Source: Tagaea sp.
Lineage (GTDB): Bacteria > Pseudomonadota > Alphaproteobacteria > CACIAM-22H2
DNA length: 64,000 bases
Reading direction: 5' to 3'
NCBI GenBank assembly: GCA_965279525.1
Contig: CBDIIB010000005.1
Location: forward strand, 363,998-427,997
Shown here: positions 9,662 through 18,946 of the stretch, one piece after another
Layout: each line of letters opens with the position of its first letter
How positions within the stretch are numbered: position 1 is the first letter of the stretch
Notes under the pieces: generated by a model
The model's input: only the letters and a program-made list of their open reading frames with translations
What the model was told of the DNA's origin: nothing
The model's database searches: none
Translations under genes and position numbers: made by a program

Positions 9662-10450
9662 ATGCTGAAGACTGTTTGCGTCATCGGTTCGATGCTGATT
9701 TCCGTGCTGGTACCGCAGTGCCTGGCACAGTCGATCCACGAGCAACCAAATGGCACCCGGATCCTCGGAAGCTTCCAACTCGGCTCGGTAACGGTTCCCC
9801 TGCCGCCGGGAGAGTGGGTCCTGAACGGGCGAGGCGTATTCACTGTGAACGCGTCGACCGGTCCTCTTAAGGTCGGCGAAGCCTATCTGTCCGAGTCGAA
9901 AGACGGCAAGGTGACCCGCATCATCTACGCGCGCGCGAATCTGGGCGGGGAATCGACCGGAGGCGGATGGACTCGCGACAGGAACGTCTGCGACCGGGTC
10001 AACGTGATCCACGCCGAGTTCGACCGGCACTTCAATCCCAAGGAAGCCAAGTGCTGGATGGTGACCCATTTCTTCGATGGAACGCCGAACAATCCGTCCG
10101 ACGCCTTCAGGGAATTCTACGCGTCACTCGCACAAAGCAAGCTCGATACGCCGAAGCTGCGCCTCAGTGCGGTCTATTTCCTGACGGACGCGACGAACTT
10201 CGTCTACGTGAACTACGCGTTCAATCCAGAGATCGTCGGCGTTCCGCTGGGAAGTCTCGAGCGCTGGGATTCGAGCGAATGGAATATCTTGCGAATCAAC
10301 CTGTTCCCCGACCGCGTGAAATTCGCCGGAACGATCAAGTCGTTCGGTGAAGCGATGCTTCCCTTCGTCGAAAAAGGCCTGCAAGGCCGCATCAAGGCCG
10401 GCGAGTACGTTCCCGTCACGATCGAAGGCTGGCCGACCGGCGCGCAGTGA
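9662..10450 (+). CDS. Secreted hypothetical protein (262 aa) of unknown function, with signal peptide and atypical lower GC
   Basis: MLKTVCVIGSMLISVLVPQCLAQS signal, SD-like GAGG upstream. Codon usage is A/T-richer than neighbours. No family recognised. Confidence 0.65.
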   Translation: MLKTVCVIGSMLISVLVPQCLAQSIHEQPNGTRILGSFQLGSVTVPLPPGEWVLNGRGVFTVNASTGPLKVGEAYLSESKDGKVTRIIYARANLGGESTGGGWTRDRNVCDRVNVIHAEFDRHFNPKEAKCWMVTHFFDGTPNNPSDAFREFYASLAQSKLDTPKLRLSAVYFLTDATNFVYVNYAFNPEIVGVPLGSLERWDSSEWNILRINLFPDRVKFAGTIKSFGEAMLPFVEKGLQGRIKAGEYVPVTIEGWPTGAQ

Positions 10451-10519
10451 CCGAGGCAGCCTGCCGCCGGCGGCAGACCAATTCCCGTGATCGGCAGGGT
10501 ACTTCATGCAACCGAACTC

Positions 10520-10558
10520 GTGGATGCCCGGGACAAGCCCGGGCATCCACGGCTTTTG
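10520..10558 (+). terminator. Rho-independent terminator: 13-bp stem GTGGATGCCCGGG-acaag-CCCGGGCATCCAC followed by GGCTTTTGTGATTT
   Basis: Perfect stem-loop plus T-rich tail 70 nt after the stop of the 9662 gene. Contains copy 2 of the ccgggacaagcccgg motif. Confidence 0.7.
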
Positions 10559-10564
10559 TGATTT

Positions 10565-11266
10565 CTACCCGCCCGGCTTCAGCGCCGCCGCCCCCATCAC
10601 GCGGCCATCCGCGCCCTGCACGAGCACGGCGAAGCCGGGGCCGGTTTCGGCCGGCACACGCCATTCGCCGGCGACCGTGCCGGCGACGCCCAGCGTTTCG
10701 ACCGAGCGCACGATGTTGGTGTTGGCAAGTGCCCGCCCGCCATTCTCGCCGGTGGTCACGCGCGTGACGTGGGCGGGCACGAACGAAACGAGCTGCACGC
10801 TGGTGCGTCCCATCCCTTCGACCGGCCCGACCTGCACGACGAGCTCGCCCGCCTCGCGCACGAGCTTCACGTCGACGGTCTGGCGGGCGCGCGCCGCCGC
10901 GATCGCGCGCGCGACGGCCCGGCGGTCGGAGCCGACCATCTCGGCCGTGCCGTCCACGACGGCCTGTGGCGTATAGACGGTGCGCAGGCCCAGCCTGTGC
11001 GCGTAGGCACGCTGGCGGGCCGTGGCCATCGGCGAGGAGAACGGGTCCTTCCAGCCGAGCCGGTCCCAGTAATCGACATGGAACGACAGCGCCAGCACGT
11101 CGTCGCGCCGGGCAAGCTCGCCCAGCAGCAGGTCGGCCGGCGGGCAGGACGAACAGCCCTGCGAGGTGAAAAGCTCGACCACGACCGGCCGGTCGGCCGC
11201 CGAAGCCGCAGGGATGGCGCCCAGGGCCGCAAAGCCTGCGAATGCCGCGAGGATATAGCTGTTCAT
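10565..11266 (-). CDS. DUF1223 domain-containing secreted protein
   Basis: MNSYILAAFAGFAALGAIPAASA signal then ELFTSQGCSSCPPAD motif typical of DUF1223. Start set at internal Met (11266). Confidence 0.7.
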   Translation of the reverse strand: MNSYILAAFAGFAALGAIPAASAADRPVVVELFTSQGCSSCPPADLLLGELARRDDVLALSFHVDYWDRLGWKDPFSSPMATARQRAYAHRLGLRTVYTPQAVVDGTAEMVGSDRRAVARAIAAARARQTVDVKLVREAGELVVQVGPVEGMGRTSVQLVSFVPAHVTRVTTGENGGRALANTNIVRSVETLGVAGTVAGEWRVPAETGPGFAVLVQGADGRVMGAAALKPGG

Positions 11267-11351
11267 GCCTTCCGGTTCGCGCGTCCGGCCCCCGGAGTTA
11301 CGGGCGATTCCCTTTGAATCTCCCCGGAAAATGCGGTGAATATCGGCCGGC

Positions 11352-12296
11352 ATGACCGACCCCATCCCCAGCCGCCTCAACCGCACCGAACTGGCCGTTC
11401 CGGCCAGCCGGCCCGAGCTGTTCGCCAAGGCGGCCCGCTCGGCCGCCGACGTCGTGTTCCTCGATCTCGAGGACGCGGTCGCCCCGGGCGACAAGGCCAA
11501 GGCGCGCAAGAACGCGGTCGAGGGGCTCAACGACATCGACTGGGAGGCGGTCGGCAAGACCGTTTCCGTGCGCGTCAACGGCTTCGACAGCGAATGGCTC
11601 TACCGCGATCTCGTCGATCTGGTGGAGAAGGCCGGCGACCGTCTGCACATGATCATGCTGCCCAAGGTCACGCGGCCCGAGGAGGTCATCGCGGTCGATC
11701 TGTGGATCTCGCAGATCGAGCGCGCGAAGAAACTCACGCGGCGCATCGGGCTCGAACTGCTGGTCGAGTCCGCGCAGGGCATCGCCAATGCCGAGGCGAT
11801 CGCTTCGGCAAGCAGCCGGACCGAATCGCTCGTGTTCGGCGTGGGCGATTTCGCCGCATCCACCGGCATGCGCACGACCAATATCGGCGGCCTGTCGCGC
11901 CAGTACATGGTCGAGGGGCGCATGGCCGACATCTGGCACTACGCGCTCGCCCGCCTTGTCGTGGCCGCGCGTGCCGCCGGCAAGCGGCCGATCGACGGAC
12001 CTTATGCCGATTTCAACGATTCGATCGGCATGAAGGAATCGGCCCTGCGTGCGGCGGCCCTGGGCTGCGAGGGCAAGATGGTGATCCACCCCTCGCAGAT
12101 CGACGAAGTCAACGAGGTCTTCACGCCCGACCCGATGGAGATCGAGCGCGCGCGCGCGATTCTGCTGGCCATGGAAGAGGCCGCCGCGAAGGGCCAGGGT
12201 GCGGCCGCCTTCGAGGGCCGGCTCATCGACATCGCCTCGATCCGCCAGGCCGAGGCGCTGGTCGCCAAGGCGGCCCGGATCCGCTCGGGCATGTAG
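11352..12296 (+). CDS. HpcH/HpaI-CitE family CoA-ester lyase (citrate lyase beta / malyl-CoA lyase-thioesterase-like)
   Basis: 314 aa, ELAVPASRPELFAKAARSAADVVFLDLEDAV and EGKMVIHPSQI motifs of CitE-like lyases. Confidence 0.75.
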   Translation: MTDPIPSRLNRTELAVPASRPELFAKAARSAADVVFLDLEDAVAPGDKAKARKNAVEGLNDIDWEAVGKTVSVRVNGFDSEWLYRDLVDLVEKAGDRLHMIMLPKVTRPEEVIAVDLWISQIERAKKLTRRIGLELLVESAQGIANAEAIASASSRTESLVFGVGDFAASTGMRTTNIGGLSRQYMVEGRMADIWHYALARLVVAARAAGKRPIDGPYADFNDSIGMKESALRAAALGCEGKMVIHPSQIDEVNEVFTPDPMEIERARAILLAMEEAAAKGQGAAAFEGRLIDIASIRQAEALVAKAARIRSGM

Positions 12297-12345
12297 CGGG
12301 CGAATGCTCGTGACCCCCCCTTCCCTTGTGCTATAGACCCCCGCC

Positions 12346-13299
12346 ATGGCGCACTATCTGGAATTCGAAAAGCCGATCGCCGAACTCGAAGGCAAGATCG
12401 AGGAGCTGAAACGCCTCACCGGCGACGGCACCCTCAACATCGCCGACGAGGTCGCGAAGCTTCAGGGCAAGGTCGACCGGCAGATCCGCGCGGTCTACGG
12501 CAAGCTGACCGCATGGCAGAAGGTGCAGGTCGCCCGCCATCCCGAGCGGCCGCACTGCTCGGATTACATCGCCGGACTGATCGAGGAATTCACGCCGCTC
12601 GCCGGCGACCGGCTGTTCGCCGACGACAAGGCGATCATCGGCGGCATCGGCCGCCTGCAGGGCCGCTCGGTCGTCGTGTTGGGCCACGAGAAGGGCTCGG
12701 ACACCGAATCGCGCATCAAGCACAATTTCGGCATGGCGCGGCCCGAGGGCTACCGCAAGGCCCAGCGCCTGTTCGAGCTTGCCGACCGCTTCAAGCTGCC
12801 GGTCGTCGCCCTCGTCGACACCGCCGGCGCCTATCCCGGCATCGACGCCGAGGCGCGCGGCCAGGCCGAGGCCATCGCCAAGACGATCGAGGTTTCCTTG
12901 CGCGTGCGCGTGCCCTTCGTGGCGGCCATCGTGGGCGAAGGCGGCTCGGGCGGCGCCATCGCCATCGCGTCGGCCAACAAGGTGCTGATGCTCGAGCATT
13001 CGATCTATTCGGTCATCTCGCCGGAAGGCTGCGCCTCGATCCTGTGGCGTGCGGGCGACCAGGCGCAGACGGCGGCCGAAGCGCTGAAGCTGACGGCCCA
13101 GGATCTCTACAAGCTCGGCATCATCGACGGAATCGTGTCCGAGCCGCTCGGCGGCGGGCATCGCGGCAAGGCCGAGACGATCGCGGCCCTCGGCGAAGCG
13201 ATCGGCCGGGCGCTTGGCGAGATGAAGGGTGTCGACGGCGGCGTGCTGCGCGCGCGCCGGCGCGAGAAGTTCCTCGACATGGGCCGCAAGGGCCTGTGA
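12346..13299 (+). CDS. accA: Acetyl-CoA carboxylase carboxyltransferase subunit alpha
   Basis: [22 protein letters not shown]...[11 protein letters not shown]...[13 protein letters not shown], 317 aa. Confidence 0.9.
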   Translation: MAHYLEFEKPIAELEGKIEELKRLTGDGTLNIADEVAKLQGKVDRQIRAVYGKLTAWQKVQVARHPERPHCSDYIAGLIEEFTPLAGDRLFADDKAIIGGIGRLQGRSVVVLGHEKGSDTESRIKHNFGMARPEGYRKAQRLFELADRFKLPVVALVDTAGAYPGIDAEARGQAEAIAKTIEVSLRVRVPFVAAIVGEGGSGGAIAIASANKVLMLEHSIYSVISPEGCASILWRAGDQAQTAAEALKLTAQDLYKLGIIDGIVSEPLGGGHRGKAETIAALGEAIGRALGEMKGVDGGVLRARRREKFLDMGRKGL

Positions 13300-14285
13300 G
13301 CGGGCCGGGCGCCCTCTCGGCGCTTGCGGCTTCGATCCGCGCCGGCGACCGGCGCGCACTCGCCCGCGCGATCACGACGGTCGAGTCCACGCTGCCCGAG
13401 CATCGCGTGCAGGCCGATGCCCTGCTGTCCGAGCTGCGGCCCCATTCGGGCCATGCGGTGCGCGTGGGCATTTCCGGCCCGCCGGGTGCCGGCAAATCCA
13501 CCTTCATCGAGGCGTTCGGCCTGCATCTGCTGTCCCTGGGCCGGAAGCCCGCCGTGCTGGCGGTCGATCCGTCCTCGCCGGTTTCGGGCGGCTCGATCCT
13601 GGGCGACAAGACGCGCATGGAACTGCTGGCGCGCGATGAACGCGCGTTCATCCGCCCGTCGCCGTCAGGCGGCACGCTTGGCGGCGTGGCCCGGCGCACG
13701 CGCGAAGCCTCGTTCGTGTGCGAGGCGGCCGGCTTCGACACGGTGCTGATCGAGACGGTCGGCGTGGGCCAGTCGGAAACCGCCGTCGCCGAGATGGTCG
13801 ATCTCTTCATGCTGCTGCTGCCGCCGGCGGGCGGCGACGAGCTGCAGGGGATCAAGAAGGGCATCGTGGAGCTGGCCGACCTCGTGGTCATCAACAAGGC
13901 CGACGGGGACCTGTTGGCCGCCGCCGGGCGCACCGCGTCGGACTACACGGCCGCCCTCCACATGCTGCGCCCGGCCAACGCCGCCTGGCACCCCCCGGTC
14001 CTGAAGATTTCCGCCCTGGAACGGCGCGGGATCGACGGGGTCTGGACGGCCATCGAGGCGCACGGCAAGGCGCTGGGACCGGCCGGGATCGCGGCAAGGC
14101 GGGCCGCCCAGGCCAAGGCGACCCTGTGGCGGGAAATCGGCGATCTGGTGCGCGAAACCCTGACCGGGGAGCCGGCCCTCGCGGCCTTGGTAAAATCCCT
14201 GGAAACCAAGGTTTCCCAAGGGCTTGAAAGCCCCTACGGGGCCGCCGGGCGGGTCGTGGCGGCCCTGCGCGAAGGCGGCGGTTGA
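13296..14285 (+). CDS. meaB: Methylmalonyl-CoA mutase-associated GTPase MeaB/ArgK. Probable GTG start overlapping the accA stop.
   Basis: [18 protein letters not shown] Walker A, VINKADG G4 motif, ~329 aa from GTG at 13296. The longer 12513-14285 ORF is a 5' artefact overlapping accA in another frame. Confidence 0.75.
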   Translation: MSGPGALSALAASIRAGDRRALARAITTVESTLPEHRVQADALLSELRPHSGHAVRVGISGPPGAGKSTFIEAFGLHLLSLGRKPAVLAVDPSSPVSGGSILGDKTRMELLARDERAFIRPSPSGGTLGGVARRTREASFVCEAAGFDTVLIETVGVGQSETAVAEMVDLFMLLLPPAGGDELQGIKKGIVELADLVVINKADGDLLAAAGRTASDYTAALHMLRPANAAWHPPVLKISALERRGIDGVWTAIEAHGKALGPAGIAARRAAQAKATLWREIGDLVRETLTGEPALAALVKSLETKVSQGLESPYGAAGRVVAALREGGG

Positions 14286-14365
14286 CGGCGCCCCCCGAAG
14301 CCCGTAAAACCGCGCCTCTTCGCTTTCGCCCCCCAAAGGGGGCCATTTCCACGGGGATTCGTAAC

Positions 14366-14659
14366 ATGGCGCGCCGCTGCATGGTTACCGGCAAGGGTCC
14401 GATGGTCGGGAACAACGTCTCGCACGCGAACAACAAGACGAAGCGCCGCTTCCTGCCCAACCTGCAGGACGCCACGCTGCTGTCCGACGTGCTGGGCCGC
14501 TCGGTGCGCGTGCGCATCTCCACCAACGGTCTCAAGACCGTCGAACATGCCGGCGGCCTCGACGCGTGGCTGTCCAAGACTCCGGGCGCAAAGCTCGACA
14601 AGGAAATGCGCCGTCTCAAGGTTCAGGTCGAGACGGCCCTCGAGAAGCGCGCTGCCTGA
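14366..14659 (+). CDS. rpmB: 50S ribosomal protein L28
   Basis: [34 protein letters not shown], 97 aa. Confidence 0.9.
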   Translation: MARRCMVTGKGPMVGNNVSHANNKTKRRFLPNLQDATLLSDVLGRSVRVRISTNGLKTVEHAGGLDAWLSKTPGAKLDKEMRRLKVQVETALEKRAA

Positions 14660-14720
14660 GCGGGCGGCGCGTGACGGTATAAGCAGAAAACGTCACTCCT
14701 TGTTTCCGATACAAGAACTT

Positions 14721-14758
14721 CGGGCCCGCCGGCGACGGCGGGCCCGCTTCATTTGAGC
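14721..14758. terminator. Bidirectional rho-independent terminator between convergent rpmB and the chemoreceptor gene
   Basis: CGGGCCCGCC-ggcgac-GGCGGGCCCG hairpin followed by CTTCATTT on plus. T-rich on the minus strand too. Confidence 0.6.
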
Positions 14759-14782
14759 TTCTGCATACGATCGTAAGTCGAC

Positions 14783-16957
14783 CTAGCCCTGGCGCACGGA
14801 TGCCAGGAACCGGTCGGCCTCGCTGCGCAGGTTCTCGCCAAGGCGCGCGAACTGGGCCGCCACACCCGACACGTTCGCCGCCGCGTCGCCCGTGCGCCCG
14901 GCCGCGTCGTTGACCCCGCCGATCATCGTCGAGACGCGCGCCGTCCCGTCGGCCGCGACCTCCAGATCGCGCCCGATCCCGCGCGTGGCGGCCGTCTGCT
15001 CCTCCACCGCCGCCGAAACCGCCGCCGCGATCTCGCGCATCTGGCGGATCGTGCGCGCGATGGTGCCGATGGCGCTCGCCGTGTCGCCCGTCGCCACGCG
15101 GATGCTGTCGATCTGCTGGGCGATCTCGCCGGTCGCACTCGCGGTCTGGGTCGCCAGCGTCTTCACCTCGTTCGCCACGACCGCGAAGCCCTTGCCCGCA
15201 TCGCCCGCGCGCGCCGCCTCGATGGTGGCGTTGAGGGCGAGCAGGTTCGTCTGCCCGGCGATCGCGTTGATGAGCTTGACCACGTCGCCCACCTTCTGTG
15301 CGGCTTCCTCCAGCGCCTTCACGCAGGCATCCGTGCGCTCGGCCTGCACGCCGGCCTCGTCGGCGATGCGCGCACTCTCGCCCACGCGCCGCGCGATCTC
15401 GTCGGTCGAGCCGGCAAGCTGCGTGGTCGCCGTGGCGACCGACTGCACGCTGGCCGCCGCCTGCCCGACCGCACCGGCGGCCGACGCGGTCTGGGCGCGG
15501 GTGTCCTCGGCCGTATGCGTCATCGATCCGGCGGCCTGCTCGAGTTCGGCCGACGAAGTTCCGATATCGCGCACGACGGCCCCGATGCTCGCCTCGAAGG
15601 CACCGGCGAGCCGCTCAAGCGCTTCGCGTTTCTCGGCGTCGGCCGCTTGCTTGGCGGCCGCCTCGCGCCGGGCCGCGTCGCGCGCCAGAAGTGCGGCCGC
15701 GCGGAACGATTCCAGCGCCGCCGTCAGCGTGCCGATCTCGTCCGGCCGGGCGGGCGGAATCGCGGCGGCAAGATCGCCGCCGGCGATGGCGCGCATGCCG
15801 GCGGCAAAGGAGTCGAGGCGGGAAAGCACGCGCCGCCCGACATAGAACCACGCGATCCCGACCGCCAGCAGCAGGCTTGCGGCCGCGATCGCCGCGACAA
15901 GCCGGATGCCGTCGTCGATGGCACGCCCGGCATCCGCTGCCGCCGAACGGCCGGCGGCCTGTGCTTCGGCCGCGAGGGCATCCACCCGGACGACGAGTTC
16001 GGCCGATATGGCACGGCCCTGCTCGAGGGCGGCACGCGCCTGGCGGTCCATGTCGATTTCCTGCTCGCGCAATTCGAACAGGTTGCGGTAACCGTCGCCG
16101 AAATCGGCGACGGTGAGCGCGGCATCCTTGAGCTCGGTCCCGTCGAGGCCTTCGACCTTCAGCCCCGCGAACACGGCATCGATCGCCGCAAGGAAGCGTT
16201 CGCGCACCGCTTCGAGTGCCGCAGGCGTATCGGCCGCGGTCGCCTCGTTGAGGATGGCGACCGACTGGTTGATGCCCGCCAGCGCCTTCATCGCGTTGTC
16301 GTAGACCACGAGATCGGTGTCCGCGAGGGCTGCGGCGCGCGCGGCAAGCTCGGCCGGACCGGCCTTCGCGAGACCGCCGATGCCGGACTTCAACGCCGCG
16401 GCGCGCGTCGCGACGAACGGGACGGCGAGTTCGACGAACCTGTCTTTCGCGGCGGCAAGCTGGGCTTCGAGCGTCACGCGCTCCGTCTGGCTGGCCACGC
16501 GCCGCTCGGCCGTCTTGTCGATCGCGGCGATCCGCTCGGCGACGGCGCCGGCAAGCTCGCGCAACGCCTGCACGTCCGTCTCGGCACCGCCCTGCCCGAT
16601 CTCGACGAACAGTTCCGCGAGCCGCTCCTGGCTGCCGGCAAGCTTCGAGAGGATCTCGCTGCGGGCCTGTTCTTCGACGACGGACGCGAGAACCGGCGCG
16701 AACGCCGAGATCTCCGCCGCGACCTGCGCCATGCGAAGCGACGCGGCGACGACGGGCATGCGCCGTTCGGTCATCGTCCCGATCGTGCCGCCCACGCCGG
16801 AAAGCAGCAGCGCCGCGACGAGTGCTGCGACGCCGGAGCCGGCGGCGATGGCGCCCATCGCGAGGAAGATCTTGAGGCGGATGCTCGAACGCAGCGGAAC
16901 GCGGACTTCGTGCAAAGGGGCGGCAGGGCCTGACGGCGGCTCGGTCTGATCTGTCAT
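14783..16957 (-). CDS. Methyl-accepting chemotaxis protein
   Basis: 724 aa with N-terminal TM/sensor region and HAMP, and the highly conserved MCP signalling domain ([32 protein letters not shown]). Confidence 0.9.
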   Translation of the reverse strand: MTDQTEPPSGPAAPLHEVRVPLRSSIRLKIFLAMGAIAAGSGVAALVAALLLSGVGGTIGTMTERRMPVVAASLRMAQVAAEISAFAPVLASVVEEQARSEILSKLAGSQERLAELFVEIGQGGAETDVQALRELAGAVAERIAAIDKTAERRVASQTERVTLEAQLAAAKDRFVELAVPFVATRAAALKSGIGGLAKAGPAELAARAAALADTDLVVYDNAMKALAGINQSVAILNEATAADTPAALEAVRERFLAAIDAVFAGLKVEGLDGTELKDAALTVADFGDGYRNLFELREQEIDMDRQARAALEQGRAISAELVVRVDALAAEAQAAGRSAAADAGRAIDDGIRLVAAIAAASLLLAVGIAWFYVGRRVLSRLDSFAAGMRAIAGGDLAAAIPPARPDEIGTLTAALESFRAAALLARDAARREAAAKQAADAEKREALERLAGAFEASIGAVVRDIGTSSAELEQAAGSMTHTAEDTRAQTASAAGAVGQAAASVQSVATATTQLAGSTDEIARRVGESARIADEAGVQAERTDACVKALEEAAQKVGDVVKLINAIAGQTNLLALNATIEAARAGDAGKGFAVVANEVKTLATQTASATGEIAQQIDSIRVATGDTASAIGTIARTIRQMREIAAAVSAAVEEQTAATRGIGRDLEVAADGTARVSTMIGGVNDAAGRTGDAAANVSGVAAQFARLGENLRSEADRFLASVRQG

Positions 16958-17017
16958 GACGCGCGAAGTCTAGGCGCGTCGGGTAAACAATCTGTTATCT
17001 TAAATTGTAGTACGTCG

Positions 17018-18017
17018 TCATGGCGCAACGCGGATCGTAAAGACCGCAAGTAGCGTCCGCTGGAGCAGGCTGTAGTTATCGTCGGACACGAGCCACAACA
17101 GATCGGATCCGTCGGATGCGCGCGTCGTCGCAATACCTTCGTAGTTGTCGACGGCCAAAGGCGGGCGCAGGCGGGCCAGTTCAGCACCCTCCGTCACTGC
17201 ACCTTCGCCCCAGGCGCCGGCGGCCACCCGCACGATGCGCGTGCCGAACCCGCCGAAGAACGAGAACGACCGCTCGAGTACGGCCGTGTCGCCGCCGGCA
17301 AGCGTGCATGCACCGACCGGCACGAAGCCCGGGGCCGCGCGATAGCCGATCTTCGTCCAGCCGCCGTTTGCACCGACGAAGCCGACATGCACGCCGTCCT
17401 CGACGAGATCCTCGATGAGGAACAAGAAGCGCCCGTCGGCAAGCCGTGTGAGCGTCTCGATCCCGCCATTGCGCGGGGCGGCAGCGAGCGCCGGCGGCAG
17501 CGCCATCGCGCGCGGCCGCCGCGCGAACGGCGGCTCGGACGGCGGATAGACGAGGATGCGGTGCTGGCGCTCGAAGCTGACGGCAAAGCCGCCATCCGCC
17601 AGGCGGATCAGCCCTTCGGCGTCGGCGGCCGGCCCTTCCAGCACCTTGCCGTCCGGTCCGATCAGCCGGCCGAGCTTCGCGTGCGACAGGCCGCGCAGGG
17701 TTCCGTCGAACGCGATGCGCGCATCGAGCGTCCAGCCATTGTCGGAAATCGCGACCAGCCGCGAGGCATCGGACGAGACCCACAGGTCCGACCAGCCGCC
17801 GAAGCGCCGGTCGGAGGAGCCCAGCAGCAGGCCGCCGCGCCATTCGAGCGCACCGGCGGTCGTGCGGTCGGCGGTCGTCTCGTCGAAGGGGATGGGGGCC
17901 GCGTAGAGGGGGAATTCCTCGACGCCCGCGGCACGGGCGGCGGGAGCGAAGGTCCACGCGGCAAGCGCACCGCCCGCAAGGGCAAGTGCGCCGCGCCGCG
18001 TGGACGCGACTTCGATC
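17018..18017 (-). CDS. Phytase-like / esterase-like-activity-of-phytase family secreted protein. Tat signal, probable TTG start.
   Basis: Coherent reading from (L/M)IEVASTRRGALALAGGALAAWTFAPAARA (twin-Arg signal) onward. Upstream part of the 527-aa ORF is Arg-rich artefact overlapping the DLH gene. Start codon uncertain. Confidence 0.55.
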
Positions 18018-18921
18018 AAGCGATGTTGCGCGAGAACCAGACTTCCAGGCGCTTCCAGCCGTCCTTGGCGGGACCGTCGCGATAGGTCGGGCGGTAGTCG
18101 GCGTGGAAGGCGTGCGGCGTGTCGGGATAGAGCACGATTTCGGAGTTCTTGCCGGCCGCACGCAGGGCGTCGCGCATGCGCTCCACGCCATCGTTCGGGA
18201 TGCCGGCATCGGCACCGCCGTAGAGGCCGAGAACCGGCGCGTTGATGCGAGCGACGAGCTGGATCGGATGCTGCGGACGCATCGCGTTGTTCTCGCCGAC
18301 GAGCGGCCCGTACCACGCCACCCCGGCCTTCACGCCCGGATTGTGCGCCGCATAGAGCCATGTCACGCGGCCGCCGAAGCAGAAGCCCGTGATGCCGAGC
18401 TTGCGGGTGTCGCCCTGGGCAACCCTGCCGCCGGCCCATTTCACCGTCGAATCGATGTCGGACATGATCTGCGCGTCCGACACCTTCGAGATGACCTCGC
18501 GGATGATCGTCGCGTTGTCCGGCAGCTTCGACGGATCGCCCTGGCGGAAATAATAGCCGGGCGCGATGGCGAGGTAGCCGATCTTCGCGAGGCGGCGGCA
18601 CACGTCCTTGATGTGCTCGTGCACGCCGAAGATTTCCTGCGCCACGATGACGGTCGCGAAATTCTTTCCGTCCCTCGGGCGCGCGTAATAGACCTCCATG
18701 CGCTTGCCGTCGGCGGTCGGGATCATGGCTGTCCCGGCGGTGAGGCCGTTGGTGTCGGTCGTGATGATCGTCTGGGCGGTCACCGGGTGGGCTGCAAGCG
18801 CGAAGCCCGTGGCGATGCCGGCTCCGGCGAGGAAACCGCGACGGCCGACCGGAAGGGCGGCCGGTTCGAGCGACGTCTTCTGGGAATCGAGCAGATCGGG
18901 TGTCCGGATATCGTCGGGCAT
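18016..18921 (-). CDS. Dienelactone hydrolase family protein (Tat-secreted)
   Basis: RRGFLAGAGIATGFALAAHPVTA Tat signal and the DLH alpha/beta hydrolase core (GFCFGG nucleophile elbow), 301 aa. Confidence 0.8.
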   Translation of the reverse strand: MPDDIRTPDLLDSQKTSLEPAALPVGRRGFLAGAGIATGFALAAHPVTAQTIITTDTNGLTAGTAMIPTADGKRMEVYYARPRDGKNFATVIVAQEIFGVHEHIKDVCRRLAKIGYLAIAPGYYFRQGDPSKLPDNATIIREVISKVSDAQIMSDIDSTVKWAGGRVAQGDTRKLGITGFCFGGRVTWLYAAHNPGVKAGVAWYGPLVGENNAMRPQHPIQLVARINAPVLGLYGGADAGIPNDGVERMRDALRAAGKNSEIVLYPDTPHAFHADYRPTYRDGPAKDGWKRLEVWFSRNIA

Positions 18922-18946
18922 GGGCGCTCCTCGGAAGCTTCTGGGG

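Noticed and set aside
12513-13295. 5' extension of the meaB ORF back to 12513
   Set aside because: Overlaps accA entirely in another frame with junk translation. A GTG at 13296 overlapping the accA stop gives a MeaB of canonical length (~329 aa).
16990-17015. Shared 9-mer AAATTGTAG in two AT-rich promoter spacers (17002-17010 upstream of the MCP gene, 24245-24253 upstream of the 24358 gene)
   Set aside because: Too short. It occurs in opposite orientation relative to the two genes and within AT-rich spacers where chance matches are likely. No second half-site (for example a CtrA TTAA-N7-TTAAC) found.
17181-18215. 344-aa minus ORF and other large ORFs (17387-18085 +, 17986-19101 +) overlapping the phytase-like and DLH genes
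   Set aside because: Alternative-frame artefacts. The chosen frames carry Tat signals and recognisable hydrolase folds.
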